52,040 bases of DNA, from IMG/VR virus record IMGVR_UViG_3300038393_001982, positions 1 through 52,040 of that record; one strand, written 5' to 3'. The position numbers were made by a program, and so were the translations under genes. Positions 26,803 through 36,655 of the stretch are shown here, piece after piece (position 1 is the stretch's first letter; every line of letters begins with the position of its first letter). The notes beneath the pieces are model-generated. The model was not told where the DNA came from, ran no database searches, and was given only the letters and a program-made list of their open reading frames with translations. Source of the stretch: a virus. Lineage: Duplodnaviria; Caudoviricetes.

Positions 26803-27899
26803 CAGGCCACCTCCAGGTAGAGATCGGCGGTCTCCGGCCGGCCGCGCTCCTCCGGCTGGAGCCGCCAGCCGACGAGCCGGTACCGGGCAATCAGCGTCTC
26901 CGGGTGCCAGACGTCCCGGATACGAAGCCGGATCATGCTGCCGAGCGGCGGCAGCCCGTCGTCACCAGGCCGGATCGTCACCTGCGGAATCACGACCGGC
27001 CGCACCTGCCGGGCGAGATCCGCCGCGGCGTTCTGGTCGAGGACGGACTGGCTGGTGACGCTGGAGTAGTCCGAGGAGCCGTCGAGCCGGGGCCAGCCGA
27101 GCGCGTAGTCCGCAGGAGTGGTTAGCGGCGCCGACATCAGCGGGTACGAGGCTGCGGCCAGGTTGGAGTTGATGCTGGCGCCGCGGGAGATCCACGCGTT
27201 GGCCTGCACCGACGCGTCACGGCTGGACTTGTAGCTGAGGATCTGGCCGGGCATGCTCAGCACGACGTCTGAGCTGCCCACCGTGATGGTCGGGTAGCCG
27301 AGCTGCAACACCCGGTGCCGGGCCCCGGTGCCGTCGCGGTAGGCGTTGATCCGCCACTCGAAGCCGCCCTGAGTGGCCGCCAGTTCGTCGATCCGCCGTC
27401 CGACGTACGCCAGGTCGTACGACAGGTACGTGCGGTCGCGCAGCACCCCGGACACCGGGCTGGTGGGCACCTCGACGCCGATGTGCCCGCCCGATTTGCC
27501 CTGCGCGTAGGTGATCAGGTCGCGGGCGATGTCCAGCTGGTCCTCACCGGTGGCAACGAGGCTGTCGACGATCTGCCGGTGATCCCGGAAGTACGACTCC
27601 GCGCCGGCCGCCTGGATCTGTACAGACGCGGACCCGCGGTCGCTGGAGACCTGTACGTCCGTCCACTGGATGCCCGACCACACCACGGCCGCGCCGCGGG
27701 TGAGCCACAGCGCGGTACGGCCCGGGATCAGCGCGTCCTGCACTCGGCGGGCCATCGCCGCGTCCGGCACCGGAATGGTGCCGGAGAGCGTGCCGGTCTT
27801 GCCGATGTAGTCGTCGCAGCTCACCTGCGTGATCGGCAGGCGGTCCATGAGGGTGTCCGACCGCAGGTCGCACACCAGCAGCTCGTACGGGGGGGCCAC
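26802..27899 (-). CDS. Minor tail/baseplate hub protein
   Basis: YELLVCDLRSD...VVWSG...DQLDIARDL...GFEW...GWPRLD; position in the tail module. Confidence 0.75.
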   Translation of the reverse strand: MAPPYELLVCDLRSDTLMDRLPITQVSCDDYIGKTGTLSGTIPVPDAAMARRVQDALIPGRTALWLTRGAAVVWSGIQWTDVQVSSDRGSASVQIQAAGAESYFRDHRQIVDSLVATGEDQLDIARDLITYAQGKSGGHIGVEVPTSPVSGVLRDRTYLSYDLAYVGRRIDELAATQGGFEWRINAYRDGTGARHRVLQLGYPTITVGSSDVVLSMPGQILSYKSSRDASVQANAWISRGASINSNLAAASYPLMSAPLTTPADYALGWPRLDGSSDYSSVTSQSVLDQNAAADLARQVRPVVIPQVTIRPGDDGLPPLGSMIRLRIRDVWHPETLIARYRLVGWRLQPEERGRPETADLYLEVA

Positions 27900-27911
27900 G
27901 ACACCATCCCC

Positions 27912-29084
27912 TCAGCCGAGCAGCGGCGTCGCGCGGATCGACCGGTAGGACCACTGGCCGGTGCCGCCGGTGACCCGGTGCATCAGCGTGATTGTCAGCG
28001 TCTCGCCCGGGTTCGCCGAGGGCTGGTAGGTGGGGATGGTGCCGGTCGCGGCGGTGGCCCCGGCCGAGGTGAAGTTGGCGGTGACGGTGGCCTTGGTGTC
28101 GGTCGGTGAGCGGAGCGTGCCCGAGACGCTCCCGACCACCTGCACGTCTGAGTAGGACTGGGCCGTCCCGTTGTTGTAGTGGTTGACGTACACGTCGATC
28201 GCGACGCGGCCCGAGGGCGGGACGACGATCGTCGCTGCGAGGGTGGACACCGCGGTGTACGAGGTGCTGGTCGTGGTCCGGCTGGTGAGGTCCTCGACGT
28301 ACGCGCTGGCCATGCTGGTCGCCTTGTAGCTGACCGCGGTCATGCTGTCGTCGGTCCGCAGCACGTTCGCGCTGTCGCGGTACAGGTTGACGTCGGTGCC
28401 GATGACGAGCTGGCCGGACGTGCCGAGGTAGAGCCGGGACTCCCAGGCGCTGCCGGTGTAGCGCTCCAGGATGCCGGAGGCGCCGCCGCCGTCGCGGTAC
28501 TGCCCGGCATACGCGCCGGCCACCGAGCTGCCGCCGGGGTTGATACCGCCGGCCGCGACCGTGTACTGGCGCCGGTCGGTCAGCGCGGTGCCCCAGTTGA
28601 TGGGCGAGCCCGCAGAGGCGCCGGCCGGGACGGCGATGTCCCAGAGCTTGAGGTAGGCGGTGCCGGTCGCGGGCGCGGTCGGGGCCGTCGGGGACGCGGC
28701 CGCGGTGCCCTGGGTGTAGACGATCGCCGCGAGGGTCTGGCCGGAGGTGTCGTACAGCTGGTCATACGCCACCAGGAAGACGCTGTCGACGCGCGGCAGC
28801 GAGGCGTGGCCGTTGGCGACGGTGAACGACTCGGCGGCCGTCACCGCGATCGGGTAGGCGCCCTGCGCGGACGTGCCCTGGACGACGGCCCGGCCCACCG
28901 CGATGGTGCCGGTCATGCCGGTGCCGGTCAGGTTGAGGCCGGTGCCGCCGGGCATGACGCCGCTGCGGGTGGTCATCGCATCGACCGGGGTCATCGTGCC
29001 GATCGGCACGAGGCGGGTGTCCTGCCGGGTCTGCCCGGGATTCTGCGCGGGGTTGTTGTAGTGCCAGGCGGAGCGCACGGTCAT
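27912..29084 (-). CDS. Minor tail/receptor-binding protein
   Basis: QGAYP...LPRVD...LWDIAVPAG...TDRRQY, Thr/Ser-rich C-terminus. Confidence 0.75.
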   Translation of the reverse strand: MTVRSAWHYNNPAQNPGQTRQDTRLVPIGTMTPVDAMTTRSGVMPGGTGLNLTGTGMTGTIAVGRAVVQGTSAQGAYPIAVTAAESFTVANGHASLPRVDSVFLVAYDQLYDTSGQTLAAIVYTQGTAAASPTAPTAPATGTAYLKLWDIAVPAGASAGSPINWGTALTDRRQYTVAAGGINPGGSSVAGAYAGQYRDGGGASGILERYTGSAWESRLYLGTSGQLVIGTDVNLYRDSANVLRTDDSMTAVSYKATSMASAYVEDLTSRTTTSTSYTAVSTLAATIVVPPSGRVAIDVYVNHYNNGTAQSYSDVQVVGSVSGTLRSPTDTKATVTANFTSAGATAATGTIPTYQPSANPGETLTITLMHRVTGGTGQWSYRSIRATPLLG

Positions 29085-29100
29085 GGGGTGGTCCTCCTGG

Positions 29101-30021
29101 TCACCAGTAGGCGGAGCGCCAGCGCACGGTGCAGCTGGCGGCGGGGTCGACGGAGCCGGGGGCAGCGCGGAACGACAGCGTCGTGGTCGAGGCCGGCGGC
29201 AGCGTGAACGCCCCCTCGGGGGCGGAGCGGAGGCTGGCCGTGCCGATGCGGGACTGGCCGCCCAGGGTGACCGTGCCCGCCCACGTGTCCACGATCAGCA
29301 CGTCCGACGCGGCGAGGGTGATCTGGTACTCCAGCACCAGGCCGGTGCCGGACATCGTGAGCGCCGGCGAGTCCACCGGCCCGCGGAACTCGATCACCGG
29401 ATGCACCGGGGCATCACCGGAGTTGACGGCGAGGATGTCCCCGGTCGACCCGGGCGTCCCCCAGGACAGACCCGCCTCGGGCGAGCCCCACACCAGGCCG
29501 GACTCCGGACTGCCCCACACCAGGCCGGACTCCGGCGCGGGCAGGGCAGTGGTGCCGACCCGCTCCGTCACCTCGTACCGACGCGGGTCGGTGCACACGA
29601 CCTGTAGGGACGCGCCCTTGATCAGCCCGTTGCGCGTTGCGACGCTCGGCGGGACCAGACGCCGCACCACCCGTCCCCAGGCAACGAGGGGCATGTCGTC
29701 GAGCTGGACCACCAGCGGCAGCTCGGCGTCGCTGTCGGTCGGGGTCTGCGCGGCAAGGGCCCGGGTTGCCGCGGACGCCTGGCCCGGTTCGCACCGCCCG
29801 ATCAGGTTGATCGTCACGGTGCGGACCTGACTGAGGAGCCGGCCCGGACTGCCTCCGTGCTGCTGGCCGCGGAGCACTGTGCCGGAGTCGACCGGCGTGG
29901 TTTCCTCCCAGCCCTGGATGGGCTCGTCGGCGGCCATGCTCCACCCCGAGCCGGGTCCGAGCAGCATGCTGCCGTATTGCAGGTGCCCGGGCTGGGAGCC
30001 GAGCCAGGTGACTGACGGCAC
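29101..30021 (-). CDS. Distal tail protein (Dit-like)
   Basis: Immediately after tape measure; DPRRY, NSGDAPVHP...GP, WRSAYW. Confidence 0.8.
   Translation of the reverse strand: MPSVTWLGSQPGHLQYGSMLLGPGSGWSMAADEPIQGWEETTPVDSGTVLRGQQHGGSPGRLLSQVRTVTINLIGRCEPGQASAATRALAAQTPTDSDAELPLVVQLDDMPLVAWGRVVRRLVPPSVATRNGLIKGASLQVVCTDPRRYEVTERVGTTALPAPESGLVWGSPESGLVWGSPEAGLSWGTPGSTGDILAVNSGDAPVHPVIEFRGPVDSPALTMSGTGLVLEYQITLAASDVLIVDTWAGTVTLGGQSRIGTASLRSAPEGAFTLPPASTTTLSFRAAPGSVDPAASCTVRWRSAYW
29486..29535. repeat. 27-bp-period tandem repeat in Dit (ESGLVWGSP x2 plus a degenerate third copy)
   Basis: ccccacaccaggccggactccgg at 29486 and 29513. Confidence 0.8.
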
Positions 30022-30025
30022 GTGC

Positions 30026-32857
30026 TCACCCCCTGCCCTTGGACAGCCACAGCAGTTCCTCGGCGGTGGCCGCGGCTGACCCGCTGTCGGACTCGTAGTA
30101 GTTCTGGATGTGGAACCCGCCGCCGGACCCGCCCCAGCCGCCGCCAGCGGGCGCGGAAGCGGCGCCGGCCAGCACCGGGACCGGGGGCGGCTGGACGAGG
30201 GAGCGCATGGTGGCGTCGAGCGCCGGGGAGCCCTGCTCGATGCCCTCGACGATGCCGGCGGGGATCCACCGGCCGATCTGATCGCGCATGACCCGCGAGG
30301 GGCTGTGGATGCCGAGTGCCGAGGCGATCGGTCCGGGGATCATGTCCTTCGCGAACGAGGTCAGCCGGTCCTTCAGCCAGCCGCCCATTGAGGTGACGCC
30401 GCTCATCAGGCCGGTGATCAGGTCGCGGCCTTTGCTGACGAGGAGCCCGCCGAGGTTGCCGAGGGCGTCGCCGATCATGCCCGGGACGCCCTTGATCCAC
30501 GCGACCAGCTCGCCGAACTTCTGCACGGCCGTCGACTTGATGCTGTCCCAGTGGCTGATCAGCAGGCCGATCGGGGTGAAGTTCAGGAACGCGTTGTAGA
30601 TCCAGCCCGGGATCTGCTTGACGAAGTCGAGGACGGCGTTCCAGCCGGCAACGGCGCCGTCCTTGATCGACTGCCAGTGCTTGATCAGCAAGCCGACCAG
30701 GGTGAAGTTCATGAACAGGTCGACGAGCCAGCCGGCGATCTGCTTGATCCAGTTCCAGATCCAGTTCCACGCCGTGACGGTGGCGTCCTTAATCGTGTCC
30801 CAGTTCGCGATGATGAGCGCTACCAGGGCGATCACGGCGGCGGTGATCCAGCCGACCGGGCCCATCGCCAGCACCCAGGCAGCCGCCATCTGCGCGGCAC
30901 GGATCATGGACTGGACGCCCATCAGAACCCATCCCGCCACGACCTCCGCCGCGGCGGCGGCCTGCAGTGCCATGCCCCACACGGCGCGGGCACCGGTGGC
31001 GACCCATGCGGCGACCTGCTGGGCGCCGGACGCGACGGCGGACGCCCCGGAGGCGATCCAGCCGGCGACGGTCTGGTAGCTGGCGGCCACTGACAATGCG
31101 GCGTTGGTGACGGCGGACCCGCCCGAGGCCACCCACGCGGCAACCTGCCGAGCAGCGGACACGGTGGCGGCTATCCCCGCCTGGGCGTAGCCGACCGCCG
31201 TGGTGATCAGGACCGGCAGCAGCAGCGTGCCGATCACCCCCGCGACCACGGCGACTGCGGTGCGGTTGTCGTTCAGCCAGCGGGTGGTGTCGATCACCGC
31301 CGGGATCAAGGTGTCGACCAGGAAGCCGGCGACGGCGCCGATGGCGGGGACCAGGGTCTCGCCCAGCCAGACCGCCAGCACGCCCGCGGCCGGGGCCACG
31401 TCGTCTCGAAGGACCCGGCCCGCGGTCTGCGCGGCCGGCATCAGGTCGTCGCGGACGAACCGGCCTGCCGCGGCGGCGGCCGGTCCGAGGTGGTCCGCGA
31501 GCCAGGTAGCCCCGGTGCTGACCGCGGGGACGAGGTCAGAGGCGACGCCCCGCGCGAAGTCGGTGACGGCGGGCAGGGCGTCGTTGCGTGCCCACTGCGC
31601 CGCCTGGCCCAGTGCGGGGCCGAACCGGTCGGCGAGGGCGCCGCCGGCGCGCTCCAGCAGGGGCAGCATGGTGCCGCCGACGACCTGGGTGAGTCCCTGC
31701 TCGATGCCGCGCTGGAACTGCTCGATGCGGGTGGAGGCGTTGTCGCGCAGGGAGTCGCCCATGCGTCCGGCGGCGCCGCCGACCTCGCCGAGCGCGGCCG
31801 TGGCCGACGACGGGTCGAGGCTGTAGAGAGCTTTCTGGACGTCTTCCGACTTCGTGCCGAACAGGGTGAGCGCGACGCTCTGGCGCTCGACCGGGTCCTT
31901 CATCGCGCGGAGCCGGTCGAGGAGGGTGTCCAGGCCCTGGGCGGCGGCCGGCCCGCCCTGAACGAACGCCTTCTGCATGGCCGAGCCGGACAGGCCGATC
32001 TTGGCGAACGCCTCATTCACGGCGTCGCCGCCACCCTGCGTGATGAGCGTCAGTTCCTTGAGGCTGTCCGCCACCACGTCCGTGTCGCGGGCGCCGGCGG
32101 CCATGCCTTGGGCGAGCAGGCCAGTGGCCTGCGTGGCCGACAGGCCCAGCTGCCGGAAGATCGTGCTGTACTCGTTGAAGGTGTCGCCGAGGTCGTCCGC
32201 TCGCGGGCCCATGACCTGGAGGCCGCGGGTCATGACGTCAATGGCCTCGGCGCCGTCCTTCGCCAGCCCGGTCTTGATCATCTGCCCGGCGGCGTTCGCG
32301 GCCTGGCCGAGGTCGAGTTCGAAGGTGTCGGCGAGGTCGTGGACCCTGGTCGCGATCTGCTCGATCTGAGCGGTCGTCGCGCCGGGCGGCACCAGGCCGG
32401 AAGACATCGTCGCCCGCACCGCCGCGGCCGCCGACTCAACGTCCTCGGTGACCGCGCCCGCGTACAGCTTCCCCGCGATCTGGCCGTACTGGCGGGCCAG
32501 TTCGGGGGTCGCGCCGAGCTGGGCGCCGAGCTTCCCGGCGACCTGCTCCTGCTCCATCGCACCGGTGACGCCCTTGACCAGGGCCGCGCCAGCCGCGAGT
32601 CCGGCCGCGCCCGCGGCCAGGGCCACGCCCTTGAGGGCGGTTCCGATGCGGCTGCTGGCCTTCTCGACGCCCTGCTCGGCCTCGGTGGCAAGTCCCTCGC
32701 CCAGGGCCTCGCCACCGGCCTCGCCCGCCTGGCCAGCCTCCCGCTCGACGTCGTCGGCTAGGTCCTGCATGCCCCGGCCGACGCGCTGAAGCCCGGACTC
32801 AAAGCGGCCGGTGTCGAGGTCTGCGAACCCGGTGAGCTCTCCGACGGTCAGCGCCAA
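30026..32857 (-). CDS. Tape measure protein
   Basis: 943 aa, Ala/Gly-rich, periodic W/F repeats, LGIHSPSRV motif. Confidence 0.93.
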   Translation of the reverse strand: MALTVGELTGFADLDTGRFESGLQRVGRGMQDLADDVEREAGQAGEAGGEALGEGLATEAEQGVEKASSRIGTALKGVALAAGAAGLAAGAALVKGVTGAMEQEQVAGKLGAQLGATPELARQYGQIAGKLYAGAVTEDVESAAAAVRATMSSGLVPPGATTAQIEQIATRVHDLADTFELDLGQAANAAGQMIKTGLAKDGAEAIDVMTRGLQVMGPRADDLGDTFNEYSTIFRQLGLSATQATGLLAQGMAAGARDTDVVADSLKELTLITQGGGDAVNEAFAKIGLSGSAMQKAFVQGGPAAAQGLDTLLDRLRAMKDPVERQSVALTLFGTKSEDVQKALYSLDPSSATAALGEVGGAAGRMGDSLRDNASTRIEQFQRGIEQGLTQVVGGTMLPLLERAGGALADRFGPALGQAAQWARNDALPAVTDFARGVASDLVPAVSTGATWLADHLGPAAAAAGRFVRDDLMPAAQTAGRVLRDDVAPAAGVLAVWLGETLVPAIGAVAGFLVDTLIPAVIDTTRWLNDNRTAVAVVAGVIGTLLLPVLITTAVGYAQAGIAATVSAARQVAAWVASGGSAVTNAALSVAASYQTVAGWIASGASAVASGAQQVAAWVATGARAVWGMALQAAAAAEVVAGWVLMGVQSMIRAAQMAAAWVLAMGPVGWITAAVIALVALIIANWDTIKDATVTAWNWIWNWIKQIAGWLVDLFMNFTLVGLLIKHWQSIKDGAVAGWNAVLDFVKQIPGWIYNAFLNFTPIGLLISHWDSIKSTAVQKFGELVAWIKGVPGMIGDALGNLGGLLVSKGRDLITGLMSGVTSMGGWLKDRLTSFAKDMIPGPIASALGIHSPSRVMRDQIGRWIPAGIVEGIEQGSPALDATMRSLVQPPPVPVLAGAASAPAGGGWGGSGGGFHIQNYYESDSGSAAATAEELLWLSKGRG

Positions 32858-32881
32858 GACGGCACCTCCCCTCAGAGCAGG

Positions 32882-33570
32882 TCACCCGGTGTTCTCAGGG
32901 GGTGCGAAGTGCCGTTGCAGGCGGCCCTTGGTGGAGAGCAGGCCGAGGATGCGGACCTTGAGCCAGCGCCAGGACCGCCGCTCCAACAGGCCGGGTTCGC
33001 CGATGTCGATGCCGTAGACCTGGTGGAGGTCGGCCTCGATGAGAGGCCATTGCTCCAGGAGCGTTTCCCAGGTCAGGCTTTCGCGGCCCGGGACGTTGCC
33101 TTGCGGGTGCTCGTACCACTCGTAGAGCCCCGTCGCGGGGTCGACGTCGCCGCAGCCGTACCCGAGGACCGGGTGCCAGCGCGACGGGTCGCCCGGTTCG
33201 GGGCCGCGCGGTTTGGGTCGCCGCCGGACGCCCAGTAGCGCTCTGCGGTGTCGAGATCTGCGGTGATCCAGAACACCACCGTCATGGCCACGTGCTTGAA
33301 GCGCGGCCAGGACAGATCGGCGAGCAGCTGGTCGTAGGTGCCGCCGAGAGCCGCTCGGTAGAGGTCGAGTTCCTGGTCGTCGTCGAGGACCTCGGTGTTC
33401 TTGACCTCGCCGCCGGCGGCGAGCCGGGTGGCGAGGGACATGATCCGCTCGATACGCAGACCGTCCTCCGCTGGCGGCCCCTCGATCCGGTACACCTCGC
33501 CGTTGGGGCCCGCGGGGAGTTCGATGGCGTCGTCGAGGACCGCGTCGAGCGCGGCGAACGTGCGGGCCAT
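32882..33570 (-). CDS. Tail assembly chaperone, long form via -1 frameshift
   Basis: Slippery C CCA AAC (+ strand 33211-33217); the -1 frame is open to TGA at 32882 and encodes WPLIEADLHQVYGID...SWRWLKVRILGLL. Confidence 0.8.
33073..33570 (-). CDS. Tail assembly chaperone, short form
   Basis: Between tail tube and tape measure; ends with PNRATRRA basic tail. Confidence 0.85.
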   Translation of the reverse strand: MARTFAALDAVLDDAIELPAGPNGEVYRIEGPPAEDGLRIERIMSLATRLAAGGEVKNTEVLDDDQELDLYRAALGGTYDQLLADLSWPRFKHVAMTVVFWITADLDTAERYWASGGDPNRAAPNRATRRAGTRSSGTAAATSTPRRGSTSGTSTRKATSRAAKA

Positions 33571-34034
33571 CAGGCGAGCGGGTTCGTGATCGGGGTCAGC
33601 GCGCCGTCGCCGGTGAGCGTGACCTTGACGGTGTCGAGGTCGGTGTAGGCGCCGCCCTGCGGTTCCCACGTCACCAGGGCCTTGCCCTGGTACGCCTCCG
33701 GCAGGCCGTTGCGGTCCATGTACCGGATGCCGAGCTTGGAGGCGGAGCCGGTGGCGAACGCGGCGAGCCGGAGCTGCTCGTGGGTGGGGTGGTAGACCTT
33801 GGCGACGTCGTCGATCTTGCGGCTGATCGTCAGCTCGATGCTCCACTCCTGGCCGGTCTTCGTGTTGCCCTTCCAGCCGCCGGAGTCGTAGGTCGAGTCC
33901 TCCTCGATGTTCGGCGGCATCTTCGGCGTGAACTCGGAGACGGCGATGACCTGCTGCCAGTCCGGGACGGCGTCGGTTCCGGCGTTGAGCTCCAGCCGCC
34001 AGCGGCGGGCGAGCGCGGTCGTGTCGACGGACAC
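33570..34034 (-). CDS. Major tail (tube) protein
   Basis: ALARRWRLELN...EDSTYDSGGW...VTLTGDG...ITNP. Confidence 0.85.
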   Translation of the reverse strand: MSVDTTALARRWRLELNAGTDAVPDWQQVIAVSEFTPKMPPNIEEDSTYDSGGWKGNTKTGQEWSIELTISRKIDDVAKVYHPTHEQLRLAAFATGSASKLGIRYMDRNGLPEAYQGKALVTWEPQGGAYTDLDTVKVTLTGDGALTPITNPLA

Positions 34035-34042
34035 GGGTCCTC

Positions 34043-34492
34043 CTAGGGGTCGAGGTTCGCGCCCGCCGGGCGCGAGACGTTGAGGTAGTAGTTCGCGGTC
34101 AGCTCCATGCGGTCCCGGCTGTCCGCGCCGATCCACGCCTGGCTGTTGCGCCAGATCAGCGGGCAGAGGATGCCGCCGAGCGTCGCGTGAGCACGGTTGT
34201 GGAGGACGTTGAAGACGGCGTCGGCGAGGTCGGTGACCGCTCGCGGGTCGCGGCCGGCGCGCATGCGGATCTGCACCCCGATGACGCCCTCGGTGGTGGG
34301 GCCGTCGGTGACGGGGTACGGGGTCAGGCAGATCGCCCGGTCCGGCTCGGGCGGCATCATCGCCACCGTGATCCCGGTCTCGGTGGCGGTGTAGACACCG
34401 GCCGGCCGCCATATGCCGAGGCCGGCGGCGGTGAGCATCTCGGCCAGGCCCTCGACGAGGAGCGTGGGCACGGACGGCGTGGGGCCGGTCAC
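34043..34492 (-). CDS. Tail terminator (minor capsid 3-like)
   Basis: PPEPDRAICLTPY...VQIRMR...D...R.ELTANY. Confidence 0.75.
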   Translation of the reverse strand: MTGPTPSVPTLLVEGLAEMLTAAGLGIWRPAGVYTATETGITVAMMPPEPDRAICLTPYPVTDGPTTEGVIGVQIRMRAGRDPRAVTDLADAVFNVLHNRAHATLGGILCPLIWRNSQAWIGADSRDRMELTANYYLNVSRPAGANLDP

Positions 34493-34842
34493 GAGCGCAG
34501 CCCCCGCCGGATCCGGGCCGCCACCAGCTCCCACACAGTGCCCGACTCCGAGTTGAGGGGCTGCTCCAGGTACTTGGCCTGTCGGCCGGGCGCGTGCCGG
34601 AGCGTCATGTCCTCGTGCTGTCTGACCGCGTAAGGCGTGTCGTAGGAGACGGCGCCCCTCAGCGCGGACGGGTCGACGCTGGCAGTACCGGACTGCTGCA
34701 ACGGGCTCTCATCGAGTGGCACCAGCTGTACGGACACGCCGAGGACATGCTCCATGCCGTCGAGCAGGCCCTGGGCGGCGGCCTCCCGGAACTCGTTCTG
34801 CACCTGGTCCAGGCGCAGTGTGAGGCGCACGCGTCCGGCCAC
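34489..34842 (-). CDS. Neck protein (HK97 gp10/minor capsid 2-like)
   Basis: VPLDESPL..S...VSYDTPYAVRQHE...AKYLE. Confidence 0.8.
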   Translation of the reverse strand: MAGRVRLTLRLDQVQNEFREAAAQGLLDGMEHVLGVSVQLVPLDESPLQQSGTASVDPSALRGAVSYDTPYAVRQHEDMTLRHAPGRQAKYLEQPLNSESGTVWELVAARIRRGLRS

Positions 34843-34851
34843 GGTTACCCC

Positions 34852-35172
34852 CTACTCCAGCTGGATCTCCAGGTGGGACGGCACCGGTAGGGTGCCGCCG
34901 TCCCTGCGCAGAGCCTGGATGACGACGGTGGTCCGGCCCGTCGGCAACACCACGCGGGACAGGGGCGGTGCGACGGTGTCCAGGGCTGCGTAGGCGGTGC
35001 CGCTGCTGGTGGTCTGGTCGCCGGCCGCCGACCGGACGGTGCGGGTCTGCTCGTCGACAAAGCAGCGCACCGCCGTGGGCGGGCCGTAGACGTGGCCGTA
35101 GGCGCCGGTGCCCTCGTACGGCTCGATGGTGATCGTGTGCTGAAGCAGCCAGCCCGGCAGCCCGCCGCTCAC
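34852..35172 (-). CDS. Head-to-tail stopper
   Basis: HTITIEPYEGTGAYG..YGP...CFVD...HLEIQL. Confidence 0.75.
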   Translation of the reverse strand: MSGGLPGWLLQHTITIEPYEGTGAYGHVYGPPTAVRCFVDEQTRTVRSAAGDQTTSSGTAYAALDTVAPPLSRVVLPTGRTTVVIQALRRDGGTLPVPSHLEIQLE

Positions 35173-35597
35173 GGCGCCCACGCCGAGCCGATCAGCAGCC
35201 GGTCCGGGGTCAGGGCCGGGTCCCGCAGGGCGTCCCATGCCTGGGGGGCGATCTGCCGGGCCGCCGAGTCGGAGCCATCCGGCGAGCCCGTGCTGCCCGA
35301 GCCGCGGCCCAGGGACACCGACCCGATCGAGACGTTGCCCCAGCCGGCCCCGGCCGCCCCCGTCGAGTCCCCGACCTTGCCCCACCACACGACCTGCGCG
35401 CACACCGCCGCGGTGAAGGCCGCCGCCACCAGCGGATCGGACGGCATGCCGTCGTCGGAGGTGGCGTAGACGGCGAGCCGCAGCACTTCGGCGTCGAGCA
35501 TGCGCGAGGCGCCGGCCAGGAGCTGTTCGGCGTCGTCGGGTGCGGGCTGGCCGGTGTAGGCGGCGAGCTGTGCCGGGGTGGCGTACACGCGGGTCAC
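35169..35597 (-). CDS. Head-to-tail adaptor
   Basis: YATPAQL...LL..AS..LD...AVCAQV..W...SIGSVSL. Confidence 0.8.
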   Translation of the reverse strand: MTRVYATPAQLAAYTGQPAPDDAEQLLAGASRMLDAEVLRLAVYATSDDGMPSDPLVAAAFTAAVCAQVVWWGKVGDSTGAAGAGWGNVSIGSVSLGRGSGSTGSPDGSDSAARQIAPQAWDALRDPALTPDRLLIGSAWAP

Positions 35598-35613
35598 GGC
35601 CGCCTCCCCTCGG

Positions 35614-35958
35614 TCACACGGGGTCGATCAGGCCGGCGGTCACGCTCGTGCCGGACGACCAGTCCACGTAGACCTTGCCGTTCGAGGCCTGCCGGGCTAC
35701 GGCGGCCTCCTGGATAACGGCGGTGGCGCCGGCGGCGATGGTGACGGCGCGGTCCGGGACGGCGAGGCCGTCCACCGTGGTCGCCGACTTCACGGTTGCG
35801 GTGATGCCGGCGCCGCCGCCGTTGCGGACCACGAGGAGCTGATCGCCCTTGTAGGTCCACTGGTTGCCGTTGGCGGCGTCCACCGCGGTGAGGGTGAGCG
35901 AGGCGATCGGCGTGGCCGCGTTGATGGCCTGTGCGGCGGGAAGGTCAGTCCTGGCCAC
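35614..35958 (-). CDS. Small virion-associated protein
   Basis: Beta-rich, GNQW...LLVVRNG; located in the head module. Confidence 0.65.
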   Translation of the reverse strand: MARTDLPAAQAINAATPIASLTLTAVDAANGNQWTYKGDQLLVVRNGGGAGITATVKSATTVDGLAVPDRAVTIAAGATAVIQEAAVARQASNGKVYVDWSSGTSVTAGLIDPV

Positions 35959-36217
35959 TGTCGGCCCCCTTCGGGGTGGAGGGCTTGGCGCGCTCGGGCT
36001 TGGCCGGCGGCTCGGGGTCGGACTGCGGGGCGGGCGGCGGCGGGATCACCGGCAGGACGCCGGGCCGCAGGACACCGCCGAGCGGCGGAGCGGGGGCGTC
36101 CTCGTCCCGGACAGCCGGGTCGATCGGGTGCCACACGTCCAGGCGCTCCAGCCGGGCGTTCGGCTGGTCGGAGCGGGCGATCTGCCCGGTGTTCTGGTTC
36201 CAGTACGCGTACGTCAC
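35945..36217 (-). CDS. Hypothetical protein with Pro-rich tail
   Basis: YAYWNQNTGQI...NARLERLDVW. Confidence 0.55.
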   Translation of the reverse strand: MTYAYWNQNTGQIARSDQPNARLERLDVWHPIDPAVRDEDAPAPPLGGVLRPGVLPVIPPPPAPQSDPEPPAKPERAKPSTPKGADSGQD

Positions 36218-36597
36218 GCCGGAACCGCCGTCCGGAAGTCCACCTGCACAAGGATGTCGGTGGGCGAGCCGGCCGGGGCGGCGAGGACGACCGCGATCGC
36301 GGCGCCCGCCGCGCAGGTGGCGTTCTGCACGGTCGTCGACCCGGCCCAGGCGTCGGTGCTGGTGGCCATCGGTGCGGCGAGGACGTCGGCGGCGCCGTTC
36401 TTGACCTGCACGGTGCCGCCGGTGCCGCCGGCCCGGAACGCCCGGACGGCGATGATCGCGGCGTCGGCGGGGACCTTCACGAGCTGGTAGGTGCCCGCGG
36501 TGCCTGAGGCGACGTGCACGCTCTTGGAGTAGGTGCGGGCGGCGGCCAGGCTGACCTCGCCCATCTTGCCGTCGACGTTGTGGACCTTGTAGCCCAT
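36214..36597 (-). CDS. Putative capsid decoration protein
   Basis: Directly after the capsid gene, Ala/Gly/Thr beta-rich, GGAAGGAAGG RBS. Confidence 0.6.
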   Translation of the reverse strand: MGYKVHNVDGKMGEVSLAAARTYSKSVHVASGTAGTYQLVKVPADAAIIAVRAFRAGGTGGTVQVKNGAADVLAAPMATSTDAWAGSTTVQNATCAAGAAIAVVLAAPAGSPTDILVQVDFRTAVPA

Positions 36598-36655
36598 GGG
36601 GGCCTTCCTTCCTGGAAGAGGGCGGCCCGCCCGCGCGCACGGGCGGGCGCGGGGG

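Noticed and set aside
26074-30021. Diversity-generating retroelement or invertible tail-fibre cassette
   Set aside because: No reverse transcriptase, invertase or TR/VR pair seen; the only repeat is a short in-frame tandem in Dit
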